Assembly: GCF_964355755.1 (NCBI RefSeq)
Contig: NC_092671.1
Coordinates: 186,001-250,000 of the forward strand
Source of the DNA: Antedon mediterranea
Taxonomy: Eukaryota > Animalia > Echinodermata
Direction of reading: 5' to 3'
DNA length: 64,000 bases
The notes below the pieces were generated by a model. It was not told where the DNA came from, made no database searches, and saw nothing but the letters and a program-made list of their open reading frames with translations. Shown piece after piece: positions 26,736-40,245 of this stretch; position 1 is the first letter of the stretch; each line of letters starts with the position of its first letter. The position numbers were made by a program, and so were the translations under genes.

Positions 26736-28217
26736 CTTCGTAATAGTTGACACTACTCTTTCACTTTGTATTCGTAGTTACATTTCCGAGGGCGGTGATT
26801 ACTAACAACTTTAAAATCATTATATACAAAAATGGTTCATTGTTCATTATTGGCCTGTTTAAATCCACTCTGGATGTAGTCCACTTCATCAATTATTCAT
26901 AGTCCCTGCTGATTCAACTGCCACAGTGACAAGTTTGATGTAGTACTGCTGCAAATATTAATGGCCCCCAACTTTTCTGCTGATTCAACTCCACAGTTAC
27001 AAGTATTTACTTGTTCTGTATTACTTGTTCTGTATTACTATTGCACGTTTCAATGCTCTAACTCTACACCGATTATTTTTCTGATAATTCAATTCAGTTA
27101 GTTTATTAACACAAAATTATGATCAAATGCATATCAATTATAACATTTTACAGCTGCTACAGTTTACTTGTAGTACTGCAGAACTGCTGTAGTAATGCTC
27201 TACTACACGCTTTTCTGCTACTACTACAACTTAAACACAGTAAGATAACCCTAAAAAGAATATTCAATCAATTGAACGACCATACATCCAATAATCTGTT
27301 AATTGCATCGTTAGTTTTTTTTCCTCGAGGACCCTTTTAAACGTAATGATATCATTGTGTATTCCGTATAGATGACTGATATACATCTTTTTGCATCAAA
27401 TAGTATTTCAATTGTGCAGTTAATATTTAAAATATTAATAGTGCTAACAAAAAAATGAATTATATATATTATATTTATCAGAAATTTTATATATTTCCTG
27501 TAATTATGAACAAATTTGTTTTTTGTATTTTGTAAATTGTGGCTTTTATTCAAGAAATAACACAAAATTCGAGTTATCCTATGGTGGTATAACATTTTTA
27601 GTAACAAAATGAAATTCATCTTAATACAGTAGGCCTATAATTGATTATTTTCCCAATAATAAGACTTAATATTAAGTACGAGGAAACGTACTGGAATATA
27701 TATCATGATTTTGTTATTACTCGACATAGAAATACCTGTTTTGTATGTTTTCTAGGAAAATATACTTTTCACTATGATTTATAGTTTTATGCAGGTGACT
27801 ATGTTTCCAGGTTGTGCTATACTTGTTTGCCTATGCATGTTCATTAAGTAATAGTATACTTTCTAATCAAATTCAATCAGTTTAAATTATGCAACGATCA
27901 TCTCTGTTGTCTAGCTTCACTGTATTAATTTTATTCTTTGTTTGGTAATTTTAGATCGATTCGCACTAGATTGCATTGTGGATGTTGTATCTACTAGTTT
28001 TTACTTTTAAAAGGATATTTTTTGCTTGTATACAGTACAGAAACGACTGTTGGACTAACTAGCATGTGTCCGTAAATGGGTTAATATATATTGAGATGGA
28101 TGCTGGCACATCATATTATATCATAACTATTGGCAAATAGAAGCATGCTAGTTACCCATAATATTTTCCCGGTGCAATATGTCATATGCAACTTATTTAG
28201 TCAAATTAATCAGGCCA

Positions 28218-29765
28218 CACAGTATTATGCATCCTGTGGCACAGTAAGGGGAACCACATAATGAGTATGCAACTTAGCACGATTAGTATGCATCTTGTAG
28301 CACACTAAGAGGAACCACAATAGTAGTATACATCTTGTAGCACACTAAGAGGAACAACAATAGTAGTATACATCTTGTAGCACACTAAGAGGAAGCACAA
28401 TAGTAGTATACATCTTGTAGCACACTAAGAGGAACCACAATAGTAGTATACATCTTGTAGCACACTAAGAGGAAGCACAATAGTAGTATACATCTTGTAG
28501 CACACTAAGAGGAACCACAATAGTAGTACATCTTGTAGCACACTAAGAGGAACCACAATAGTAGTATACATCTTGTAGCACACTAAGAGGAACCACAATA
28601 GTAGTATACATCTTGTAGCACACTAAGAGGAACCACAATAGTAGTATACATCTTGTAGCACACTAAGAGGAAGCACAATAGTAGTATACATCTTGTAGCA
28701 CACTAAGGGGAACCACAATAGTAGTATACATCCTGTAGCACACTAAGAGGAACCACAATAGTAGTAGTATACATCTTGTAGCACACTAAGAGGAACCACG
28801 ATAGAAGTATACATCTTGTAGCACACTAAGGGGAACCACAATAGTAGTATACATCTTGTAGCACACTAAGAGGAAGCACAATAGTAGTATACATCTTGTA
28901 GCACACTAAGGGGAACCACAATAGTAGTATACATCTTGTAGCACACTAAGGGGAACCACAATAGTAGTATACATCTTGTAGCACACTAAGAGAAAGCACA
29001 ATAGTAGTATACATCTTGTAGCACACTAAGGGGAACCACAGTAGTAGTATACATCTTGTAGCACACTAAGAGGAACCACAATAGTAGTATACATCTTGTA
29101 GCACACTAAGAGGAACCACGATAGTAGTATACATCTTGTAGCACACTAAGAGGAACCACAATAGTAGTATACATCTTGTAGTACACTAAGAGGAAGCACA
29201 ATAGTAGTATACATCTTGTAGCACACTAAGAGGAACCACAATAGTAGTATACATCTTGTAGCACACTAAGAGGAACCACAATAGTAGTATACATCTTGTA
29301 GCACACTAAGAGGAACCACAATAGTAGTATACATCTTGTAGCACACTAAGAGAAAGCACAATAGTAGTATACATCTTGTAGCACACTAAGGGGAACCACA
29401 GTAGTAGTATACATCTTGTAGCACACTAAGAGGAACCACGATAGAAGTATACATCTTGTAGCACATTAAGAGGAAGCACAATAGTAGTATACATCTTGTA
29501 GCACACTAAGAGGAACCACAATAGTAGTAGTATACATCTTGTAGCACACTAAGAGGAAGCACAATAGTAGTATACATCTTATAGCACACTAAGAGGAACC
29601 ACAATAGTAGTATACATCTTGTAGCACACTAAGAGGAACCACAATAGTAGTAGTATACATCTTGTAGCACACTAAGAGGAACCACGATAGTAGTATACAT
29701 CTTATAGCACACTAAGAGGAACCACAATAGTAGTATACATCTTGTAGTACACTAAGAGGAAGCAT
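28218..29765. repeat. 40-bp satellite, ~38 copies
   Basis: Unit GTATACATCTTGTAGCACACTAAGAGGAACCACAATAGTA; first units diverged. Confidence 0.97.
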
Positions 29766-30517
29766 GATACCCATAATATTCTCCCGGTGTAATTAATAAA
29801 TTTTTTCATCTTATAGCAATTAATCATATTAATAATATTATTTTATTGCAAATAATAAGACATTCTACGCCATTTTGCGCATCATTAGTTTAATTATAAA
29901 AATTGTTTTTTTAAATTGTATTTTCAAATATTAATGACAATCTTGAAAATTGTCATGTGACCAATTTGAATTCCAAATACTCCATTCGGTTTGGACTAAT
30001 CAAACTCTTAATTGACCGATTTACTCCTACCAGCAAATACAAATACTATAAATTAAGTTATAATTATAGTGGATGTTGGTAAATTACAGTAAATAATGCT
30101 GGGTTTAAATTAATTGGCATAATGATTCAACTTGACAATCGGACTTCTGTAATGATAAAGAATAATACCTACATCATCATAAGTGGTGATTGTAGAAATA
30201 GTGTAATAATTATCAGCTCATTTTGGATCACGTTTATTGCCTATATGGCTTCTTAGATTTAGTGAACCATTTGCGTACAAGAAATGTTCTCTATTATTAT
30301 GTTTTCTTATTGTAGGATAAATTAGCATCAACAAGATGATTAGATAAAGAAGTCGTATTAACTTCCATTACTAAGCAAATACAAATGTTCAAAATGTATC
30401 TTGAAAACCATCCATGATGAACCGACATATGAACAATTTCGTTTCGTAGCTGTTGGTAGGTTATCGATATCAGTTTGTATGAATGACAAACTCTTTAAAA
30501 GGTAAACTAACATATAA

Positions 30518-30602
30518 AACAAGGCCGTATACATGGCTGCATTAGCGTGTCCAAATTTGAGTGTTTACCGACCGATCGACCAACCAACTGACCGACCGAC
30601 CG
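30518..30602 (-). mobile_element. HINE/Helentron-like 3' fragment
   Basis: AACAAGGCCGTATACATGGC hairpin followed by a (GACC)n tract, like 45407. Confidence 0.5.
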
Positions 30603-33238
30603 CTCAAGATCCTGTCTCTAGACTAGAGATATTTCTTTAAATTGTTGCTTTTGTTTTTTCGGAAACAATATTCATATTGGAAATTTAGCTCACTCTGTAG
30701 CGACCGAACAGACATTACCTTTACAGGGAATTTTGATTTGTGATTCGAGTTCGAATTGTTTAAAATAGAAACATAGTCTTAGAGTATATTAGGAGAAACG
30801 TTGCGGAGATTAATATCAAATTAGGCCGATAGATTCAAACGTTTTTCCTATTATTACTTACATTGCATTGATTCTCTGAATTGATATCTTTTACAAAAAC
30901 AGGTTAAGTTTCTTATAATATGGAATTCGCTTGCGATTAAAGAATCTTAAATGTATAAATATAAGTAAGTTGAATGAGTCATTTATCTACCTCATATTCA
31001 TCATAATCGTCAATCTGTATCACATGTTACCCATTGTAGTATATCACCATTTTAGGTAGGTTACTTTATCACATATATTCAACATACAATTATGAAGCAG
31101 GATACATTGTTGATGTGAAACAAGCTATTTTTAATCAACATACTCTCATATTCATTTGGTGTGAACAGTTACATGTATAAGGCGTTCTCAAACTTGTATG
31201 TAATCATTCATTTTTCATTTCCAATTTGCTGCAATTAAGTGCACTTTCTTTGGACAGATATACCGATGTATACATTTTTCATAATTAATACCTGTACTTT
31301 AGCTGAACCAACAAGTAGGCTGATTTCCCATTATCAAAATTGTTATAAACCAACAAATGCAATATAGTGGTGCGGTATTTGTATCATGTGGAACATTTCC
31401 ATTATAGGCCCTGTGGCTACATTGGGACTGTATCGTTGTTTCTTATTGAATACCCTTTATGTTGTTGTTGCACGTACATACGTTTTCATTAAGGGCTCTG
31501 TGTCTTCAATTTCATCCTATTTGTTTCATAATCTGATGTGTTAACTTGTATTTGTCTCGAAATACTCTCTTCAGAATGCATTGCACGGATATCCAATATT
31601 GCTTCCGGGCCGTTAACCCATAACTGATTTATCGACAGAAAAAAAAAACCTTTTAAATGCAAGGTATACAGTACTCTTTTTGTAATTCTGTATGTGTTAT
31701 GATGTGCGTTTTTTATTATGTGCTGTGAAGAACAGAATGGTCATACTTGAATTGATGTACATTGCGTGGTCAGGAATTGTTATTTTGTCCACTTGAGCAT
31801 CATCTTGGGTAACATCACGTATCTACCCTGTTTGTAAATACATATAACCTTTGTCTGCAATAAATTTCGATACACTTTACTAAATTATCATTCATGTCAC
31901 GAATGTATGTAAATTCAGTCTCGGCTTGATTAACACTCTTTCAAAATATCAGGTTGCCGTCGTCCTTTGTTCATGTGGCTATTCATCCCCGTGGATTCAT
32001 GTACAGGTACTTTCAAAAGGCTGTTAAAGTTATAATGGCATTATAACATTTCATTTAATAAGAAAATGGAATAATTATAAGGTATAGTTTGTATAAATAT
32101 ACAAGAGAGGATAGAAGAGATGAACATACATTAGAAATGAATACAGTTTATTGTTAACCTTCACAACGAAGCTTTGGGTAAGAAAGCAACTTTCAACACT
32201 CTTTAAAAAAAAATCGATAACTTGTTTAATTTGATAAAAGGTCGAAATACACGCGGCCCTCATAGTAAGAATCCCTTCATTTATAAAACTAATATATAAA
32301 TAAGTGAATTAAACTTGTTTTTGCCAAGGAAGAGGTGAATTTACTAGAGATATATTTGAATTGTATTGTTTTTACAATTTAAAATGTGGACATAAGTTAC
32401 CCATAGACAACATTTGAACAGAGTTGTTCAACGACCAACAAAAGAGGAAGGTACATTGTTGATAGGCGACAATTTGGTCTTACGATATTATCTCAACAAT
32501 TACACATTTATATTGAGTATAATGTAATATTTTGTTAAATAATTAGGCTCTAAAGTATAATGTAAATCTACAATTAAACGATTACCATAGTTGGAATGAT
32601 TCTGCAAATCTTAATAGCCGATATACTCGCCATCGATTGAGTGAGTGAGTGTGTGAGTGGATGAGTGAATGAAGAAGGAGAAGTGTGTAGACAGTCCTAA
32701 TACATTGAAACGAGGACGGAGTCACCGTTTAACTGTGTATTATAATACACGCTAAATTCTTCCTTTCCATTAGCTGATAACTATGAAATGGATTTTTCTA
32801 TGAATCTTCGCAATATATGTAATATTATATTTACATTTTTGTGCCTGTAACAGCTTTTACCCCAAATTCACGTTTTTTATTAGTTTCTATGTTTTTTATA
32901 CTATAGTACGTTGAATGATAATTAATATTTTAAAATGAGCTGGAACGTATTACATTTTCATATTATTAACAATTAATGAAATTGTTGAAGTCAAATGTAG
33001 AAGAGTTTTAAAATGTTTATGAGTTATGCATTGAAAAATACAATAGGAAATTTGGACTGGTATGAAACCAATGAATATTAAATTATAATACAGGATTATA
33101 TTTATCGTTATACTCTGTTATACAGTTAGACTCTGTCATGTCATTGATTAAATTTTGTGTCGAACTCGAGTCTTGGAATAGTTATTATTGAACCAAGGTA
33201 ACCTTAATGAAGAACATAGTATCTCACAATTTTCCCGG

Positions 33239-34014
33239 TTTTAGTCGCGTGGAAGCGACTCTATAGTTCTCTATGTCGGTCTGTCGGTCTGTCGGTCCGG
33301 TATCACTATGCGTTTTATCGCTTTCTGACCTTATCTTGATATCAGTTTAATCTAGCTAGGTCAATTTTTCACAGTATATTCCTTATGGCCAGGAATCGAT
33401 GTGGTTTTATTTTCACGGTGCGCAATAACAAATTACGCGGTCTACGCACAATTTAACGAAATCACGTTTGTAATCATATCTTCACAACCATGAATCACAA
33501 TTAAATAAAATTTGGTACTCATAAATTTCAGGGCATAAATCATCATATGGCAATACAATTACGTGCGTAGCGCATGTAACGCATGCGTACGCGCGCTTAA
33601 AATTTTCAAAATTTATTTTCGATGAAATAAGAGTACGTTTCAGGCAATTTTAAGCGTTTACAAAATTGCCATGAGTGCGCATATTTTTGCGCGCGCACTG
33701 CGCGTTAAATGTTATTGCGCACTCTTTTTGCCCGATTTCTGTTTTCTTGACTTACTTTTCAACTCGAAATTACGTTATACGAGCACGTCAAAAGTGACAG
33801 GCTACGCACGTGTAAATTAAAAAAATATAAATGTTTTTAAACATTTCAACATTTTTAAACATGTCAGTAATTTCGGTCAGTATAGTTCACTATGTCGGTC
33901 TGTCTGTCGGTCTGTCGGTCTGTCTGTCGGTCTGTCTGTCGGTCTGCCGGTCTGTCTGTCGGTCCGGTATCACTATGCATTGTAGCACGCGACTTAATGG
34001 CTGTTGGCCTTGTT
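33239..34014 (+). mobile_element. HINE (Helentron-associated, DINE-1/pearl-like) non-autonomous element
   Basis: TTTT start, subterminal IR AGTCGCGTG/CACGCGACT, two (GTCT/GTCG)n tracts, 3' hairpin GGCTGTTGGCC then TTGTT. Near-identical copy at 45407-46220. Confidence 0.85.
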
Positions 34015-34830
34015 TATAATGACGACACTTTATCTGTTAATTATGTAATTGTATATTTTATAATAGCTGAACTTAGATATGGTCGATTTTAATATCTTTA
34101 CTTACACTATACATCGATCTTTCTTATATCCTCTTTCTGGTTTCCATCGTCGACTTTATTGTGTGCCATAGGCGTACTGATTTTCTCTAGCTTCATCACT
34201 TTTATTAGGATCATTCCTTATTTAATTGCTAGAACAAGAAAGTTAATTTTCTTTTATACGGAATATACTATGCAATGTTCCATCGTGATCGATTATCTAG
34301 ATAGAGAAAACTCGATTACTTTAAAAACAATATAATTAAGTTCTTACGGGCAATTATTCAAACATGACGTTTACGCGGCCATTCATCTTGTTTTTCGAAT
34401 ACAAATTGTTAAAAGCATGAATTACCTTCACTGTTAAAGACAGGACTGGCTATTATAGGTCTATATTTACTTGACTTATCGTCTGGAAACACTCATTTTT
34501 ATTCAATAATTAATTACTACATTTTTTTTTCAATAGTAATTTTCAATGTTAGTGTGCTTCCAGGAAAGTAAACTAAAATATTAAGAAGACGGAACTGTTA
34601 TAGAATCCAGAGCGGTAGTTTTGTGGAAAAGGATTTTTGGTTTAATTAATAATGGTGAGGAATATCCTGCATGAATGTAGATGGCGTAAATATGAGTAAA
34701 ACATTATCATAACAATATTGTTTTAGGAAATACAACAATGATTCGTTGCTTGTATCAAACAGATTGAGAGTGGAGGTGGAGTTCACTTACTTCTCATTCA
34801 TCTCAAGTTGATTAATGTATGTACAGGTTA

Positions 34831-35009
34831 AGCGTGGGTCCCACTAGCGACGCAACACAAGGACGTAACGCAACGCAAGTGAATTGACCAATCACAAGCG
34901 ATGGCTTATTCGCTTGTGATTGCTAACTGTCCATAACTTCGCCTGCCATTGGTTAAAACGCTTGCGTTGCGTTTACGTCCTTGCGTTACGTTCTAGTGGG
35001 AACCAAGCT
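34831..35009. mobile_element. Palindromic MITE (PIF/Harbinger-like)
   Basis: AGCGTGGGTCCCACTAG..CAAGGACGTAACGCAACGCAAG / CTTGCGTTGCGTTTACGTCCTTG..CTAGTGGGAACCAAGCT; TTA on the left flank. Confidence 0.8.
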
Positions 35010-37332
35010 TTGCATTCTTAATTGTTTTCCACTACAGCCTATATATACGTTGTAGTGGTTGTAGCTTCCACTAGTTTGTGCTTATAATGTTTTAGCGATT
35101 TCAGTCATTCTATATGGTTTCTTCTTTAAAGGGTTAGGGACGCATTTGTATTATCTTGTATGATAGCACGTTGCATATTGAGACAGACTGAAATGCATAA
35201 AACTATCTGTAAATTCATTTAGGTAGACTCTGTTAAATAGTGTATATTAAACATTACAGTAATTGATTTGAGGTGACATAATCTGCTTGTCATTATTAGG
35301 TTGACATGGCCACATTGTGCTCTAATCAATTTTATTAATTAAGACATATTAACTACATTATAGCTAAGCATAAGCAATTTATTTTAATTTAAGTATATTT
35401 GACGTCATTGAAATTCACAACCAAAACATTCTTGTATACAACTGCATACTCTCACCTTTCAAGAAAAGAAATCTTTCATGATTAGTTGTAAGAAATATTT
35501 GAGATAAATTAAACGATCATTATGACTGTACATTGCACATTTAAAGTACAATACTGCTCTGCTGGCCTGACTTGTTAATAATATTTACGACTCGCGTGAT
35601 ACGTTAGCTAAATTAATGTTTAGGGATTCCATTTATGACATATTGCGTTAATTGTTTTCAAAAAACATGTTTTCTAGTTCAACACATTATAAAGTGCAAA
35701 CAGTGTAACCCTTTCGTTGTTGACAACGTTTTAAAGAGATACTTTTCACACACACTAACTTCAGAATGTTGTAGGAGGATATAAAGGCCTCTTAACGCCT
35801 TAAGCTAATTTGAGTATTTTACAAAAGTACAATAACGCTGCGGTATATGAAAAGCCCAGAAAAACTCCATATGTTGTATACAATTATACAGAGAACGTCT
35901 GTTGCATAGATTATTATAAATTAAATTAGGCTGCAATAATTATTCTTAACAAACATTAGGCATGTTGTATACATAACTTTTTAAATGCATATCGTAGATC
36001 ACTGTCTCCGGCTGAGTATTCGAGTATTATTAGTGACTTAATTTCTATACAAACCCTAAAGCAATCTGCCAAACATGTCACTTCTGTAGCCTAAATATCC
36101 ATTTTAATCATGATTTTGTATGGAAATGGATATTAAAGGTTGATGTGAGCATCATTATACTGTACATCAATTACTTATTATTTTGATATCTCTAGCGAAT
36201 AGAAAATGAGCCACTTGTCACTCTTCCAAATCAGTCTTAGTTGATCAAACTTCTATACTGTCCATCAAGTTCGTTATGTTCAAGAAGGAATGATGATTAT
36301 ATATAAAGACATTGTAGATAATTCTGATGATGACGTTACTTACGGTCATGATAATTATATTGAGGCAGACGAAAAGGTTTAAATTGCAATACTGGAAACA
36401 AGTTTTATTTTACGAAATTTAATATAAATGAATTACTTGACTGCAATGATAACTATTAAGAATGCAGTGTTTGGTTATGTACGTTGTTAAATATAATGTA
36501 CTTCAAATCAGATAAACCCTAATCGATCCTATAGGCTTCAATCTTATTTTTATATACAAGGTTAATAATATTGTTTTTAAATGTAATTCATCGTGTGAAG
36601 ATAACCACCTGCCCTTGCCTGCTGCCTTAGCAATGAACGAATAGTCTCATGTCTCTTGACTATTCATTACTGTCAACGCAAAACAAACATTAATTAACAT
36701 TTTGAATCAGTAGCAAACAAATAAGAAGAAGAATAATATAGCGATTGAGTATGTTCTTGTTGCACGAGAACAATAAACGTTGAATGTAGGCCTACATTTA
36801 TAAATGTTGTCAATAAATTAAAAATCCGGTTATGATCACACATTTTACTCGAATATACAGATTTATAAATTACATAGCATAATATATAATTGGCATGCTA
36901 ATCCCTGGCGAAGCAGCAAATCCCGTTGGATAGTCCCATGCCAATCAATGTGCGATGTACTTGCGTATTCATATCCCAGCTCTATTTAGGATGGCTCTTT
37001 AATTACAAGAATTGAATAACAGTGATTGTAAATCACACATGTCAAATTATTTCTGAAAACTATTTAATATAATCGATTGCTGCAATTTTGACCTTCAAAA
37101 TTAGATCAATAATGTATTTTGACTTATGTTTATCAATATAGTATAATTTAAAAAGCAACCTTAGTAATAATCCTTCACATTTGTGTTTCAAATTTATAAA
37201 AGTGCGAAACCTTTTTAATTTACAATATAATTGTATCAAAGGATTGTTTAAGTTTACGCCAACGGCTTGAATCTCACTAGTTAATTCAACTTTTTACACA
37301 ACAAATATCTATTTCATACTATACTATATAGT

Positions 37333-38505
37333 ATACAACTCGCAACAGTCGCGCTTAGTAAACTAAACAATGTCTGGATACGAAAAGATAAAGTGAATGA
37401 AGAAACACGCGTGAAGCTTTACTATTCGTTTGTCAAACCCATACTGACCTACAACTGCGGAACATGGGGTTTAACCAAAGAGGAGGAAACTAAATTAGAT
37501 ACATATCATAGACGCCAATTAAGGAATATAATAAGAGTTCGGTATCCACAAAGGATTTCTAACATTTATATAAAAGATGCAACGCACGACCCTTATCTTA
37601 AGAAATCGTCGAAGCACGATGTAAGTTTTTCGGACATAATATATTGAGACAAGATAGGAATACACCAGCAAATCTGGTCATAAAGGTCTACTTCACAAAC
37701 ACAAAACACAAAAAATACAGAGGTAGGCCTAAATGCACACTTCCAGTTACTTTAAACAATGACATAAAAAGGTGAACCCCCTAGCATGATGAGGCTGGAG
37801 ACAATGAAAGATGTTGGCTATTTTAGAAAGTTGGCCAACAAACGAAAGGAATGGAAAACCCTGGTACAAAGAGTAAGCAAGGCAGCCCAGGCGGAGAAAT
37901 CAGAAGATTACTCGGCGAAGAGGCACTACCAACAAACGAAAGGAATAGAGAAACCTGGTACAAAAGGTAAGCAAGGCAGCCCAGGCGGAGAAATCAGAAG
38001 ATTACTCGGCGAAGAGGCACTACCAACAAACGAAAGGAATGGAGAAACCTGGTACAAAGAGTAGGCAAGGCAGCCCAGGCGGAGAAATCAGAAGATTACT
38101 CGGCGAAGAGGCACTACCAACAAACGAAAGGAATGGAGAAACCTGGTACAAAGAGTAAGCAAGGCAGCCCAGGCGGAGAAATCAGAAGATTACTCGGCGA
38201 AGAGGCACTACCAACAAACGAAAGGAATGGAGAAACCTGGTACAAAGAGTAAGCAAGGCAGCCCAGGCGGAGAAATCAGAAGATTACTCGGCGAAGAGGC
38301 ACTACCAACAAACGAAAGGAATGGAGAAACCTGGTACAAAGAGTAAGCAAGGCAGCCCAGGCGGAGAAATCAGAAGATTACTCGGCGAAGAGGCACTACC
38401 AACAAACGAAAGGAATGGAGAAACCTGGTACAAAGACTAAGCAAGGCAGCCCAGGCGGAGAAATCAGATGATTACTCGGCGAAGAGGCACTAACTAATAA
38501 TAATA
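37333..38505 (+). mobile_element. 5'-truncated RTE-clade LINE with 12-bp TSD and (TAA)n tail
   Basis: Translation LSKLNNVW...RVKLYYSFVKPILTYNCGTWGLTK..KLDTYHRRQLR, later RGRP and RKEWK motifs. TSD ATACTATATAGT at 37321-37332 and 38506-38517. Confidence 0.9.
37835..38492 (+). repeat. 94-bp tandem repeat x7 formed from the RTE 3' end
   Basis: CCAACAAACGAAAGGAATGG...GAAGAGGCACTA at 37835, 37929, 38023, 38117, 38211, 38305, 38399. Confidence 0.95.
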
Positions 38506-39918
38506 ATACTATATAGTTGTTACACATTATATGTTTAAATAACATTGGAAGACAGAACCTAGTCTGCGTCTATCCTTTAATTTTTTACATTTGATGCTTT
38601 ACATTATATTTATTAACCAATATTTTAAACATCGGTATTATAGATATATTTTGAATGAATAACTAACTTTAAAATTCAATCACGAACTACAACATCGCGC
38701 TGACAAAACTCCTTTGCCGCTGACGAAATTCAAACTCTTTTGTCGCTGACGAAATTTAAACTCCTTTGCCTCTATGACATTCACACATTTCTGACGTACC
38801 AACGGCAACAAGTCATTCAAATTTTTCATCATTTCCAATGAATGCATACGTTTTACAAGTTTTGATTTTTATATAGATAATGGATTTTGGCGCTGTATAT
38901 AGCCATCGGATGTTTTATAATTAGTGTCAGGAGACATATTTGCTTACTGAAAATCTATGCAAACTTACTAAAGACAGTTTGGTTCTATGACACATCAGTC
39001 TTGCCATTCGTATTAAGTTCTTTATGGAGCATCGGGGACTCCAAGTCTAATTAAATGTTGAATAGTAATCGGAAATGCACGTATTTTAAAGAAGTTTAAT
39101 TGAATTATAGAATAAGAGAGTTTTTATTATCACTAATTTATACAAACAATATATATAACAAATTAATCAGCGGAAAAAGCTCTAACTTGACTTGGGTTTA
39201 GTGGTTTTCGATTAACGTCATTTGACAGGCGATATTTGAATCATTCAAAATGTTACATTTATCTTGTTGTGGCAATTTCGAAAGAACATCCAACAGAGAG
39301 TTGATTCCCATCTGCATCATGAAAAACCTGCTCATTTTCTAGAATCTCTTCTATAATGTCATGAGATTGCTGTTAGTTACTGAACCAAAGAACAACCCAT
39401 TGATGAATTTGCTATTCTTATGTGTTACAATGAATCTGCTTTCTGTAATGTTTCCATTGTTACTATGATGTTAAATGTATGCTATTGAGGTATATCACTA
39501 TTATAGCCTATTAGATCAAACTTGTTCAAACTGCTTTCTGATGAATGTTATTATATCGATATTTGCCTATTGTCTACGTTTCGGTTTTATCGTGTCCATT
39601 ACGACATTTCCAATCGTGGTTCAGTCATACAATACACTCTGCCTTCAATTTCACGTCTATTCACTCATTCTATACTACATTGTTGTATCAGAATCATAAG
39701 AGACAAGTATTTTAATATCATTGGATTTTCAACGATTTCTGTCAATGATAGCTATTGCTAGAATTGATTACATTATTGATGACTATAACCGCTGTCAAAT
39801 TCACTTGAAATAAGACACCATATCACTGCAAAATCAATTCGTTGAGTTCATAGAATCGACTTTTGAAATTGGAATAGTTTTTCTAGACCTTATTTTAATA
39901 ATTGCGATACCAGTGGGA

Positions 39919-40245
39919 TTTTTTATTTTATTTATTTTTTATTTCATGTCTTTAGGCACATCATGTGGCCAAGAATTACATATAGTAAATTAATCTCTGT
40001 CCTATGATAGGTATAAATATCCATGACAAATGGGCTGTTATAAACCAGTGCATTAGGTAACCCACTGAGCCCCCTACTCGTATTGGTTTTTTTACGGGTA
40101 AACTGTGCACTTGCCGGTTTATAGTTCCTATTGGTGGAGAATACTTGTCCCACCATCAGAACTAGGAGCTACTTGGCCTCGAACCCATTCCGATAATGTT
40201 GGCTCTTTAGGAGGGTAATAGGCGTCCCTGTTAACCACTCGCCAG
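39919..40245 (-). mobile_element. Probable tRNA-derived SINE
   Basis: - strand A-box-like TGGCGAGTGG, B-box-like GGTTCGAGGCC, ~300 bp body, A-rich tail. Confidence 0.45.

Noticed and set aside
38695-38772. CTGACGAAA motifs suggesting a hammerhead
   Set aside because: Just a ~28-bp triple repeat; no stem II or GAAA arrangement.
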